A stretch of DNA of 64,000 nt from positions 54,498,001 through 54,562,000 of the forward strand of contig OX597821.1 in NCBI GenBank assembly GCA_951406725.2. Direction: 5' to 3'. Shown here in pieces: positions 25,582-38,200 of the stretch (positions are counted from its first letter, which is position 1; each line of letters opens with the position of its first letter). Origin of the DNA: Octopus vulgaris. Its lineage: Eukaryota. The notes under the pieces were generated by a model. It searched no databases. It had not been told where the DNA came from and saw only the letters and a program-made list of their open reading frames with translations. A program made the position numbers and the translations under genes.

Positions 25582-25731
25582 CAAAACAATACTGTTGAAT
25601 TTTGCAAAATTCTCCCATCTACATCTTTTTCGTAACAGTGATAGGCCCAAAAAATACTGTCCATATAGTATGGAGAAAAGGTTTGTTTCCACATATCTAC
25701 TACATGAATGGATCACAGCATCTGAAATCAT
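25582..25731 (+). other. Candidate internal exon (unverified)
   Basis: Pyrimidine tract plus TAG acceptor and GTAAGG donor; 150 bp; one open frame, KTILLNFAKFSHLHLFRNSDRPKKYCPYSMEKRFVSTYLLHEWITASEI; product not recognised. Confidence 0.25.
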
Positions 25732-26639
25732 GTAAGGGTTGCTGCTGTTGTTGTGGTAGTTGTTGTTGCTATTGTTACTGCTGTTGTCTTCTAAATTACT
25801 TATTTGGCTTGAGATATTTCCTTCCATTGACCCTTCTCTGTAATGTTTATTTTCCTCTTCCTCTTATACATTAAATTGCATGTTTTTGATCTTGTTGATT
25901 TTCTCTTTAAACTCTGTAGTGTCTTTTTGTGTGGCATATCTATATGTAGTAGCTATTTTGGATGCAACAATGTAGATCTGTGAGTCAGTGTAGATCTGTG
26001 AGTCAGAAGAAAGAAGTTGGAGAGGGCTCTCTTCCTTGGTATCCAGGGTGATCTTGGATGGCGGGTTTCCTTGATTATCCCTAGAGGTCCTCCTGTATCA
26101 AGGGACCCTGTCACTATCACTTTTTTCTTCTCTTTCTCTTGTGTCATGTACTATGTATACTTCCCTTCTTCTAATGTATACCGTGTATACTTTTTATTTT
26201 GTCATTCCATTATATATAAACCCCAAAACTTTATGTCTGTCTTTGTATTGTCCCCCTCATCCTTCACCCTACTGGTAAATAAAAGAAATTATCATCATTA
26301 TCATCATATTAGACTCTCCTTTTATGAAGATGTCATTATCACCTTTCTGTGTAGTACAATTAATTCAAATGGAATTTTCTTTGGAGTACTTATATAAAAG
26401 GACTGTAATCATACAAGGAAAGTCTGCCCTCAATAGCCAGGATTTGGGCTTGATAACAAAAAAAAAAATGTTTTACAAACCAAAATATTTATGTTCCTAA
26501 ATTTCTGGCCTACATTAGAAATTATTGTTATAGTCCAAGTCTTGCTAAAGTCTGTTTTGCTTTTATCTTATTGGGTTCAATAAATAAAATATCTGTTATG
26601 TGCTGTGAGTGTATCAACTGTTTCCCTCCCTACAAATTC

Positions 26640-26870
26640 CTGTAACTGGGTGGTAAACTGGCAGAATGATTAGACCATCAGGGTAAACACCTTGTATTTA
26701 CTCCAGTTCTTTATGTTCTGAGGTCAAACCTCACTGAAGACAACTTTGCCTTTTAACCCTTTGGTGGGGTGGGTTCAATAAAATAAAGTACTAATCAATT
26801 ATTGGTTTTGAAGATATCAACTCACCCCGCCCACAAAACTATTGGCCTTATACCTAAATTAGAAACTGTT
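26640..26870 (+). mobile_element. SINE family 2 copy (decayed)
   Basis: GGTGGTAAACTGGCAGAATGATTAG...CTTTGCCTTTTAACCCTTTGG...AATAAAGTACT. Confidence 0.7.
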
Positions 26871-27427
26871 ATTTTTTTTTTCATGAAATTACAAAGCTTG
26901 CTATTTCAGCTAAAGGAAAATAAAACATTTTGATATTGATATATTTCCAAAGTTTTTAGTATGTTCAGTCACAAACTAAGAACACAGCTGCTGCTGCTGA
27001 TGATGATGACGACGACGACGATGAGGATAAGTGGTGGTGGTGGTGATAGTGATCACAGTGGTTGTAATTGTGATATTTGTTATGCTTCTTGCCTACCATC
27101 TGTAGATGTAATAAAATTGTGATTACTACACCTTTTTCATGACCAACGTATAATGGAAACAATAACATATAAAAAAAATTATGACGCCAAAGTACCTCTC
27201 AAGAATAATAAAACAAAACCAAAATATTCTATTTGGCAAGAATATGCCATAAGAATAGCATTTAACATTGAATTGACAATGTGATTCTGGGTTATCTAAT
27301 TGCTCTATACTTGTGTTCTTTGTTATTGTTGTTAACTAAATGATTTAAAACATAAGTAAATTTACTATAAAGTATCAAACTTTTACTAAAATTGATCAAA
27401 CATTGATTTTAAATGTCGATATATAAA

Positions 27428-28060
27428 CAGGCATGGTTGTGTAGTAAAACGTTTGCTTCCAAATCACATGGTTGCTGGTTGAGTCTTGCTGCATGGCACC
27501 TGGACTGAGTGTCAACCAAAGATTTGTGAGTGGATTTTGTAGATGGAAACTGAAAGAAGCCTGTTGTAAACTAGTTTAAGGGATAGAAGGTAATGCGTTG
27601 TCTCATTCATGCCTGGGAAGATCTGAATCAAAGGTGGTATTTAAAAACTTTGCAGATGGACATCTCCATGACAGGGAAGTGGTTCTTAAGACATGCAATC
27701 TCCTCAAGCAAACATGTGTTTAAATATCAAATGACAACCACATTGTGGCTGTACGACTCCTATTGATTGAAAGTGGTCCAAGGCAGGCATGTAGAGCACC
27801 CTGATAAATGAGCTGGGTACAGAGATTCCTTGCCTGAACCCCATAACTTAATATGTATATATTATCTATGTATATATGTTCTTTGTGTTTGTCTCTCGGT
27901 CAGTGTTGGTTTGTTTGCGTCCTTATAACCTAGCAGTTCAGCAAAAAGAGACTGATAAAATAAGTGTGAGACTTGGAAAAGAAGATTAAATGTACTGCAA
28001 TCAATTTGTTCAATTAAACCCTTCAAGGTGGTGCCCCAGCAGGACCATTTTCCAACAAAA
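27428..28060 (+). mobile_element. SINE family 1 copy (decayed, with ~280-bp internal insert)
   Basis: 5' half at 27428-27568 and 3' half at ~27850-28060 match the consensus. Confidence 0.7.
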
Positions 28061-28859
28061 GTAAGATTTGTTCATAGCTTTTTTCGTCCTTTTCCTTTTT
28101 TTTTTTTTGTAATCAACATAAAAACTATATATGCACAGTTACAAATAATATAATTTAATGTGAGGAAAAAAACCCCAGATCATTTCTAATGAGATTGACA
28201 CATGATAAAATATGGTTGTCATATTTTATTGAAGAATACTTGCACAATATTGATAATTACATTATATGCTTTTAAAATAGGGTTAATTTATATTTGGTTG
28301 AATTTAGGTTGTGTTTTATGTCAAGTTAAAAAATTGATTTATGACTCTTGTACAAAGATCATAAAAGAATTAGTGAACTGAATGAAACAGCCATAGCATC
28401 ATAATCATTCTCCTTTAACGTCTACTTTCCATGTTGGCAAGGGTTGGACAGATATGACTGGTATTTCATTGGTGCTGGGGTCAAAAATGAAACAGAAAGA
28501 TGACATCAATGGGAATAAATCTAAGAAGGTATTAGGGTTATGATAGTGATAATAATAGTGATGATAATATAATAATAATAATGAAATTATTGATTATAGT
28601 GCTCAGGTGCACCACAACTTGTCAAAGGTGCATATAAAGCATATGCACCATAATGATGGTGATGATTCCTTATTAGCTGTAAAGGGTTGAAAAATATCAA
28701 GAGTAGTATGGTAGAATCGGGGATGGTATTATATAAAAAAAAATATGTAAAAAGAGAAATAACAAAAGCAAAGGACAAAAAGAAATTAAATAAATCAAAG
28801 AAACATTCTCCAAAATGAAGGAAACTTGCAAGGGTTACTTGTGAAGGGTTTCTTTCCTA

Positions 28860-29371
28860 GTAAGGAAACTGCAGGAGAAGTATTTAACCAAAAACTAAAA
28901 AAAAACTCTGTACTTAGATTTTGTTGACATGAAGAAAATCTTTACCAGGGACCCCTGCTCTCTTACCTGATGGTCAATGTGAAGGCTGGGGATATATGAG
29001 TGGTTGGTGATAGCTGTACAAGTCATGTATAGGGATGCTATCAGTAAGATGAAAGTCAGCAATGAATAAAGCAATGAATTTAGTGTACAAGTAGTTCACC
29101 AAGGTTCAGTTATCAGCCCTCTATTGTTTATCATAGCCCTCCAAGGCCATAACAGAAAGATTTAAGTCTGGTTGCCCTTGGGAGCTCCTCTAAGCTGACA
29201 ACCTTGTTCTTATTGTTGAATTACTGCCATGACTAGAGAAGAAATTTCAGGTGTGGAAGCAAGGTCCAGAATCAAATGGCCTAAGAGTTAATTGAGCAAA
29301 GACCAAAGTCCTAGTAAGTAGAAAAACAGACAAATTGCTGATTCTTTCAGGGATATGGCCTTGCTTCATAT
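28860..29371 (+). pseudogene. RTE (BovB-like) reverse transcriptase remnant
   Basis: FVDMKK..RLGIYEWLVIAVQVMYRDAISKMKV..VHQGSVISPLLFIIAL..FKSGCPWELL*ADNLVLI..GLRVN*AKTKVL (QGS and YADD motifs). Confidence 0.9.
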
Positions 29372-30075
29372 GTACAAGGTTGTATCAAAAAGTTCCTGGA
29401 CTATTTATATTTAATAAAAAAATAACTTATTTACCTAAGTTTTAACATCATCTCTTTTGAAACAGTTACCATGTGCAGCATTGCACTGGTCCCAGCGTTC
29501 CTGTCATTTTGGGGATCTGGCCTGGAAGTCATTTTCTATAAATAAGTTGAGGACCTTCTGCAATTTGCTCTTGATCTCGAAAATGGTGACCTTTGAGCTG
29601 CATTTTTATCTTGGGGAAGAGATGGAAGCCCACAAGTGCCAAATCTGGTGAATAGGGCAGGTGTGGAAGTAATACCATGTTGTATTTGGTGAGAAAATCA
29701 CAAATGAGGAGAGCTCAATGACAGGGTGCATTGTTGTTATGAAGAATCCAATTCTTCATGCTCCACTGATACAGTGGATTTTGCCAAATATCCTCTGTCA
29801 AATGCTTCAAAAAGCCATTGATTATCCTCCATTGATCCTCATACTCAAGCTGATGAATTTTCTCCATTTTTTTCAAAGCTGGCACTTGTAGCAGATCTTC
29901 CAGATTAGTCATTGCCTTTCAGGGACGTTCTCCCACTTTTGAAGTGCCCATGCCACTCAAGACATTGTTAAGGACCCATTGCCTTGTTGCCATAAGCTTA
30001 TCAAATCATTCTTAAATGTCTCTATTGCAGACTTCCTGAGTTTAACTGAAATTTCTTTGTTCCAACTTTACAATT
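29372..30075 (-). mobile_element. mariner remnant with internal deletions
   Basis: TIR-like TACAAGGTTGTATCAAAAAGTTCCTGGACT; minus strand WILHNNNAPCH and YSPDLA..FHLFPKIKMQLKGHHF. Confidence 0.8.
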
Positions 30076-31479
30076 TTAAGATCTTTCCATTATTTTGTCC
30101 AACCCCTGTATGTAAATATCTATGTGCATGTGTGTGTGTGCATATGTGTGTATGGTGTGTGGTATGTGTGTGTAAGAGAGAGTGAGACAGGGAAAGGAAG
30201 TGAGATATGATGATATTAGTTTAGTTAGAGAATAGAAATGATGTTGTATAGAATAGAAGCTTGTGCTTATTATTGAAATATTGGTTTGCATACTTCATAG
30301 AATTTTCTTGTCAGTTTTGAAACTGTAAAGTTAGTGTATATAGAACAGCAATAGAATTGGCCTTAGAGTGGTTCCAGGCTAATCGAAATTAATTGCATCG
30401 TCTGGCAACAAAGCCATTATCCTTGAACTCAGCTAAGACAAACTTTTAGAACAGCAAATGTCTTAATTATAGCTACTCAAATTATAAGAAATTCAAAATA
30501 ATGCCAACTCAGAATGACCGACTAGTCATGATGATGATAGCAGTGAGTTGTGTTGTTGTTGTTGTTGTTGTTGTTGTCATCGTCGGTGGTGGTGGTGGTG
30601 ATGGAGGAAGAATAGCAATGATAATGATAAATGTACCATTAAAATATAATTTATCATTAGAATATAAAGTTGAAATTCAATTATTGTTTTCTTGATTCCT
30701 ATATTTCTGCAGAATTATTCAAATGTAATAAATACACGCACATACATATATATGCACAACCGTACACAGAAACACACACACACACATACAAACATACAGA
30801 AACAAATACATACAGAAAGCCATATGTACATTTCTTCCAGCTAAGCATGAATACATTCATATACATAGGTTTATATACACCTGGACACACATACTCACAA
30901 ACATACATTCACACATATGAACATATACACACTTACATACACGCAAACACACATGAACACTAACATATACATAAAGATACATATACATACAGACAGACAT
31001 ATACACATATACACATGCATGCACACACACACATAGGCTAACAGTGAATGAACTTTAGGAGAGGTATGAAATTAAAACTGACAGAGTTTTACTCTGAGGA
31101 GTAATGAAAATATCCTACTTGATACAACCTTGAAATAAAAAAGAAATATACCAGTTCACTAGGAAGAGTATATATAGCTACCTGACTTCTTAAAACAAGA
31201 AACATAAACCATAGAGAGAATAAATTACACTAAAAGCTTTGCAACAAGTTCCTGAACATTGTCTTCATACAAGGAAAATACTAAGAATTCCCAACCAAAT
31301 TCATTTTATACAAAGACTGAAATGATCAGCTGACAATAAATGTTGGCTATATAGAATACAAATTGAAAACTAAGAGGATGTGCTCAAAATATTACCTTCG
31401 AAGAAAGTATGGTGTGGTTTGCCAGACCGGTCTGGAATACAGTGAGAAAGTAAAAGGTAAGAGGACTATGATGGTAAGT

Positions 31480-32090
31480 GTGGATGTATTTCAATCTTAT
31501 GAACTTTCATCAGTAAATTTATAGTGTTAGCATAACTTCTTGACTGAGACCAATATGTGGATTTTTAGGAAATAAATATCAAGTTATGTGGAGTTGTCAG
31601 CTTTAGATGCTCATGTGGAAAGACCAGCATGTCTCATTAGAAAATATTTCAACTGCTAAAAGCTAGTAACACTCTACAAGTCTCAAGTGAGGCCCACAGT
31701 GGAGCACTGTGCCCACAACTGGCACAGTGCTGCTGCTGCACATACTGACTCCTAGACCACACCCAGAGAAGAGACACCTGACTGATTGGGATTCACTCAG
31801 TAAATGACAAATTCCAGTCTCTGACCCACTGATGTGCAGTCTTCTCTCTTTTCTTTTATATCACTACAGTATTGGTCTCTACTCCTCCCCCACTCAGATA
31901 TTCCTGGCCCAATAGTGCCTCTTCCTCTCATCATCCCTGTTGTATCCATCCACTCTCAACCTGCACTAACCATTATATTAAGTCCTTTCTTCCCCAAATA
32001 TTGACCCTTAGAGATCTCCTCTTTGCTAATGTCTTTCCTACATGTATTCACCTGCAACATTCTAATCAGAACTTGCTAGCTTCAGAGTGT
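31480..32090 (+). pseudogene. Old CR1/Jockey-group LINE ORF2 C-terminal remnant
   Basis: LIRKYFNC*KLVTLYKSQVRPTVEHCAHNWHSA resembles LLTLYKAQVRPxMEYCSHLW. Confidence 0.65.
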
Positions 32091-32729
32091 CTGCAAGGGT
32101 CATGGATTCTTCCCCTTCCATTAAACATAGAAACTAAGAAAAAACTAAAGGAAAAAAGAAAATAGTCTGGTGGCAAACAAAGAGAATGAAAGATCTAAAT
32201 TCTGTCTATTCTAACATATCACTTGAAATATCTTTAATCAGATTGATCAGTCAAGATGGTAGAATGTGAAATATTGTGAGGAATGTAAAATAGTAAAAGG
32301 AATGGAATTAGTTAAAAATTGAATACTGTGAGAAATAGAATTGGTTAAACAGAATTGGTTGGTTTGACAGAAAGCACTTGCGTGGGATATTTGTATGAAG
32401 AATGAATTGGAGCAAAAATATAGCTAAGAAAAATCATTGAATGATTTGATGGTGTACACATTTATACAAACACAGAAATACAAAAATATACACATATATA
32501 CTCATATACAAACACACACAAACATATATATATTTAGATCAGCGTTCTTTATCCTCTTCTGACTGAAGAGCTAGAGAAGGAAACAAAAGAGTGCAACAGG
32601 GCAAATCAACAATGGAATGAATTTCTAAGGGAATGCTGATGGAAACTTTCACAATATTTGATTATTTTATCACACTAACAATGAGTAATTTTTATCTCGC
32701 AGAATCAATTAACTCTCCTATCTGTAGAT

Positions 32730-33370
32730 CACCATCATCATCATCATCGTCATCACCATCATCATTTGATGTCTGTTCTTCATGCTGGCACAGGTTAGAT
32801 AGTTTGACAGGAGCTGGTCAGCTGGATGGCTGACCATTCTCTGTTTTGACTTGGTTTCTACGACTGGTTACCCTCCCTATTGCCAACCACTTTACAGAGC
32901 ATACCAGAAGCTTTTAATGTAGCACCAGCATGTGGTTTAACAGGCACAGGTGGTTTTTCATAGCACCAACACCTACAAGCCTTGAAAACCAGGATTTCTC
33001 AGCCAAGAAACAGATATAGAGGACATGCCTGCGTGTATGGGTGTCCACGATATTATTTAGCTGGATGTATCATCTCAAACACAGCTGGCAGGCAGAAGTC
33101 AGAGTCCCTTGTCATTTCTTCTGTGAGGCCCAAAATCTGAAGGTCCTTTCTCACCACTTCATTTTACGTTTTCCTGAGTTTACTTCTTCTGAACATTCCA
33201 TTGCTTAGAACTGGTAAGCTGGAGTGCTGCACTAGGCCCCAGTCATCTGTTTTAACTGGGTTTCTATAGCTGGATACCATTCTTAATGTCAACCATGGTT
33301 TCACTTAGCTTGATGTATCTTCTAAAGCACAGCAATTCACTAGAAGCCTTGGTCACTTGTCATCACCTAC
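32730..33370 (-). mobile_element. Decayed RTE-related SINE copies
   Basis: (CAT)n tail, TTGGTTTCTACGACTGG..CCCTATTGCCAACCAC block and a second partial copy at ~33210-33365. Confidence 0.6.
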
Positions 33371-33402
33371 ACACACATATGCATATATATATATATGCAT
33401 AC

Positions 33403-33492
<90 letters not shown>

Positions 33493-33664
33493 ATATATTA
33501 TTATTAATATCAGGAAATCAATATTAGAAAATTCTTCAGAAAGATATATACGTGTGTAAAATAATTGTTGTATTAAAAATATAAATATATATAAATATAT
33601 GTAAATATGTGTAAGTATAAATATATAAGGACATTTTAAAAGTTTCGAATTACGTTTTTAAAGC

Positions 33665-33754
33665 ATCTTACAATCGTTTCACAGAAGTGCTGTCCCTATA
33701 ACGGAATCCTGTATTGATAAGCATTTATAGACAACTCTTCTACTCTTCAGAGAT
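33665..33754 (-). ncRNA. Type I hammerhead ribozyme motif with long stem II (family D), in an AT-rich insert (~33505-33880) next to (TA)n
   Basis: AUCU-CUGAAGA-GUAGAAG AGUUGUC UAUAA...UUAUAG GGACAGC A CUUCUGU-GAAAC-GAUU-GUA-AGAU. Confidence 0.85.
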
Positions 33755-33889
33755 ATAAAATGTGAAATTTGTATAATTTATCGAATGGTAGTTTTTAAAA
33801 AATGAAGTAATATAGGAAAATGGTGTTTGTTTGAAATATTTTTTAAAATTATGTTATTTTATATAAAATATATATACATATATATTTAA

Positions 33890-34116
33890 TAAGCATCCAG
33901 TCCACTTTGTAAAGTGGCTGGTGTTTGGAAGGACATCCAGCTGTAGAAACCATGTCAAAACTGACCTCACCTGTGTCAGTGCTACATAAAAAGCAATCAG
34001 CCCACTCTACAAAATAGACACAGAAACATGGGGCAGACTCCTACCTGGCCTCCTCCTGTCAAACTGTCCAACCCATGCCAGCATGGAAGGAGGATGTTAA
34101 ACGATGATGATGATAT
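33890..34116 (+). mobile_element. RTE-related SINE 3' part
   Basis: GGAAGGACATCCAGCTGTAGAAAC...CCAACCCATGCCAGCATGG...TTAAACGATGATGA. Confidence 0.75.
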
Positions 34117-34224
34117 GAATAAGAAGCAGTACAAGTGTTGTAAACATCATCGAACACACAGGCAAAGCATATATATTGTGCATGTGTGGTCTAAAAACAA
34201 AAATATATATATATATATACACAT

Positions 34225-35170
34225 ATGTCCCCCTGGAGCCTTGGCTTACTGGCAATGCCCCAGCATGGCCACAGCTTCATCTGGGGAAGTCCAGTTTATA
34301 GAGTTACTATGTGTAGCATTACCAATGTCACTAATGCCACCACCACCACCAGTGGCACAAACATCAGCAGCCCCAGCTCCGTTATCTTCAGCATCAACAA
34401 CAGCAGCAACAACAACAACACTGGTAACAACAATGACATGGACAGCCACAATTACAACAACAACAGCAGCAACAGTACCAATGGCAACAATAATAGACAC
34501 AACACCGACATCGTATGTCCACGGAAATACATTGGCTCTATGGGAAATTCATTTAAGGCATGTGTTTCCAACTACAGATACTCCTATCGGGTCCTGGAAA
34601 GAGGTACCAGCCATGTATGGCAACTAAAGGATGACAGAATTCCACACTTGATCTCACTGAAAATCCTCACTGAAACACCAGGCCCCTGCATAAACAGTAT
34701 GAAACACTACAAACTATGTATAGCCAAACAGATGAGGATCCTAAAGGGCTCACAAGAACCAGAGTCCATACTTAACTCCAGAATGGAGATTTTTGAGCCA
34801 TGCTTGCATTTTAGGAATTTTCTGTTGACCTTTTGGGAAATGGAAGTTAATAAGTAGTGGTAGAAGGATATAATCCCCTATTGTTCACCCTCATAGCCAA
34901 TTGATGGCGGCATGGCTGGAAGTCAAGAGCTACTAGCAAAAGGAGATAATCCCCTTGTTTGCCTTTGCATTTTGTATCGAGATTCTTTCCCTTCCATATT
35001 TTAAAGAGGTCTTACGGCATCAGGTATTGGGGTCTGACAACACACCATAAAGTTGAACCCTTTATGGTCAGGAAACCCAAGGTAACGCCATAAACTGACC
35101 TTCACCAGATAAAAATATAGACTGCTGTTTCTTAGAGTGTGCTTCTCTGGATTTATATTTTTATAATAAC
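34225..35170 (+). mobile_element. Penelope-like element 3' part: GIY-YIG endonuclease remnant plus 3' UTR with decayed HHR
   Basis: ORF 34225-34857 has an N-rich linker, then KYIGSMGNSFK..HVWQLKD..ISLKIL..KLCIAK..ILNSRMEIFEPCLHFRNFLL, the Penelope YIG...VWxLK...LC..EK...LN.R.E...C.H pattern. Confidence 0.8.
35028..35090 (+). ncRNA. Decayed hammerhead ribozyme motif
   Basis: UGGGGU-CUGACAA(core mutated)-..ACCAUAAAG(UUGAACC)CUUUAUGGU..-GAAAC-CCAAG-GUA-ACGCCA. Confidence 0.6.
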
Positions 35171-35718
35171 GATCTCTCTCTCTCTCTTTATATATATATA
35201 TATATATATGATTTAAACTTCGAGGGGCCTGAATGGCATATTGGAACTAAAAACCAAACTAAGCAAACTGATTTATTTCTTTCCTCCGCACCTTTACAAC
35301 TTTGTTGTTATTGCATCTTTTCCAACATGTCGCTGCCTCTAAAAATGTGACTATATAATTGTATTGGATTCCCTATAGCCCCGTAGCATCCCCACACCCA
35401 GTCTGTCTGTTTTGAATTCTCTCCTTTCTCTGAGATATTATGGGTGCATCCCTATCTAGCTATTGATCTTTCTATTGATCTATCTATTTTTTCTTGAAGG
35501 TACAACTTTCAACTCACCCTTTATTTCTATGAAATTATAGATTTATCTTTCAGTTCCTGTCAAATATTTCTAATTCCCCCTCTCTGTCTCATGTGATATT
35601 ATGGACGTAATATATATTTATCACTCCTACAAGTACTTTCAATTTCTGTCAGAAATTTTCAATTCTTCCTAAGAAATTTTCATAAAGGAATCTTATTACC
35701 TCTCCTCACCACCACCGC

Positions 35719-35750
<32 letters not shown>

Positions 35751-35810
35751 TGCATGTATGTATGTATGTATGTATGTATGTATGTATGTATGTATGTGTG
35801 TATGTGTGTA

Positions 35811-35843
<33 letters not shown>

Positions 35844-36003
35844 ATGTAGTATGTATGTATGTGTGTTTATGTATGTGTGTGTATGTATGAATGTATGTGT
35901 GTGTATGTATGTGTGTGTATGTATGTGTGTGTATGTATGTATGAATGTATGTGTGTGTATGTATGTATGTGTGTATGTGTGTATATAGATAGATAGATAG
36001 ATA
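35719..36003. repeat. Long compound (TATG)n/(TG)n/(GATA)n microsatellite
   Basis: Direct reading. Dozens of other TA, TG, AAT and CAT microsatellites occur across the window (e.g. 7181-7222, 24453-24521, 33385-33486, 48196-48302, 61269-61351). Confidence 0.95.
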
Positions 36004-36059
36004 ATTACACTTGACAATAATACAACCTGTGAATTGTTCTTGGGTGTGTAGTTATAATT

Positions 36060-36755
36060 CATGTGAATGAACAGCAATGCTACTTTGTAGTGAGACATGA
36101 GGCCTGAATGAAGAGCACATGCAAAGGCGAGAGAGGAACGAAGCTGGTATGCTCCACTAGATGTGCAATGTCAGTGTACTTTACCTGTATGACAGAGAAC
36201 TAGCATGCAAGACAAAAGACTGAGCTGGTTTTGGTTACATGATGTGGATAGATGAAGAGAGCTACATAAACAAGTGTCAATCACTCAAAGTGGAGAGAAG
36301 TTTTGGAAAAGGGATAAAATATTGAAGGCTGATCGCAAAATGCTGGGCCTTGTGAAAGAGATGACAAAGGACTGAGACAAGTTGCACATTGCTGTAATCA
36401 AGAAGACCTTCCCACCACAAGAGAATGGGTATCCAAAACCCAAGCTACCACATAAAAGCACCAGTGCTAGAGTCACTTAAAAAGCACTGGTGCTGGTGCC
36501 ATGTAAAAAGCATTGATGCTGGTGCCACATTGGAAGCACTGGTGCTAGTGCCACATAAAAAGCACTGATGATGGTGTCATATAGAAAGCATCTAGTGCAC
36601 TTTGTAAAGTGGTTGGCATTAAGAAGGGCATCCAGCTATAGAAACCAAGCAAAAAACAGATTATGGAACATGGTGCAGTCCCTGGCCATGCCAATTCCTG
36701 TCAAACCATTTAACCGGGATAGAAAGCAGAAATCAAATGTTGATGATGATGATGG
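36060..36755 (+). mobile_element. RTE LINE 3' remnant followed by an RTE-related tail with ~26-bp tandem repeats
   Basis: AMLLCSET*GL..RNEAGMLH*MCNVS..RLSWFWL; then repeated GCACTGGTGCTGGTGCCATGTAAAAA (36455-36600) and a (GAT)n tail; homologous to 41340-42085. Confidence 0.75.
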
Positions 36756-37113
36756 TAGTAATGGTGGTGGTGGTAGTGGTAGTGGTGGTGGTGGTGGTAG
36801 TGGCAATGGTGTGTTTGTGTGTACATATATATGAAACTTTTCTTCACAATACAAAGCTTGACTAAGTCAGTGTACACAAGGCTCAATTCTCACATGAGAC
36901 CTTATGAGGCTTTTCAGACTAGATATGGTTTTAAAAAGATGCCCACATAAATTGCACGCTAGTTTTTGTGCAGTTTGAACTACTTGTTGTTATGATTTTG
37001 ATAAACCTTGAAATGTTTCTTCAAATCTCATTGAAATTTAGATATCTTGTGGCATATGTGATTATGCAACATTGTTAAGGGTGAACTGGTTGGTATGTTC
37101 TATACTTCTATTA

Positions 37114-38200
37114 CACAGGGGAACAATTTTGAACACAATTTCTGTTTAGTATACTTTTTTGCTTGATTTAAACTAAATTTAGCATGTTGATTTAAAAACT
37201 ACACTCAGTTTTCTTCTATCACATAATATTTTTTCTTCTTTTTTGATAATTTACTCTCTGAATAAGCACAATTGTATTGTTTGACCATAATTAATTGGGC
37301 TGGTTAGCTTTTAATATTTTATTGATAACACTGGGGAACATTTTTGAAAATATTTTTTAGTTATCTTGCTTTTTACAATTACTCCTACTTCACTTTCTGT
37401 TGCTGGTTTCAGAAATGCCCGCCAAAGTCAGATCAAGTTTTTGTTAAGCATGAATTAATTTTTTACCAAAAAAGGTCAATTTTGTCATTAAATGGCGGTG
37501 CCCCAGCATGGCCACAGCTTGTGAGCTGAAACTAGATAAAAAATTTTTTTTTTTAAATGCAATACTGAAATAAGAAACTAACACAAAACAAATAAGTACT
37601 TTTTATTGTTTAACAGATATATTACACAAAATGTTTAATTACACATCGTAGGGTGGCTATTTCTATTGAACTGGAGTTTCAGCAACAGAAAGAGTGAATT
37701 TTTTCTTTGCTGCATTGCATGAATGACTTGCACCATGATAGTCTCTTTGCAGAGACCAGCAGTAGTCAGCCATCATGCTTGTACTACCCTTGCTTTGATA
37801 TCTAGTCTCCATGTTCTCAATGTCTTGGTGAAATCTGTCTCATTGCTCATCCCTTATTGCATTACGATTTTCAAGGAAGTAGTCCAGATGACTGTGCAGG
37901 AAATGTATTTTTACACTCATGTTGTAGCCCAGTGCTCAAATATAGGTTAACAGGGTCTGAACAAGTTCATGATAATTTGACATAACAAATCAGACACATC
38001 TACAGCAAAAGCATTGCATGCTTCTTTTACAAAGCCTGACATGGTCTCCAAAAACTGCTCATCCTACAATAGTCACCTAATCTGTGGCCTGTCAAACATA
38101 CCAACCTTAATCTTCTCACAAGACAAAACTGAAAACTTTCTGCTTAAGTTTTTGAAACATTAACTGTCTCAGAGTTTCAACATGTTTTCTACACTATATG
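37114..38200 (-). mobile_element. DNA transposon remnant, probably CMC-Chapaev3
   Basis: Minus strand HFLHSHLDYF..IRDEQ*DRFHQDIENMETRYQ..SMMADYCWSLQRD (~37745-37910) and LSCEKIKVGMFDRPQIR; CAC(A/T)GGGGAACA terminus-like motifs at 37114 and 37330. The superfamily name is from memory of this motif. Confidence 0.65.

Noticed and set aside
32555-32595. CTGAAGA...GAAAC spacing
   Set aside because: No stem I, II or III pairing; a chance match.
34028-34627. 199-aa ORF
   Set aside because: It runs across a SINE tail, a TA repeat and a CAA-rich tract, overlapping the Penelope remnant in another frame; it is not an independent gene.
36455-36600. CRISPR-like regularly spaced repeats (also 21900-22110 and 57865-58070)
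   Set aside because: The intervening sequences resemble each other, there are no cas genes, and the context is a eukaryotic retroelement tail.
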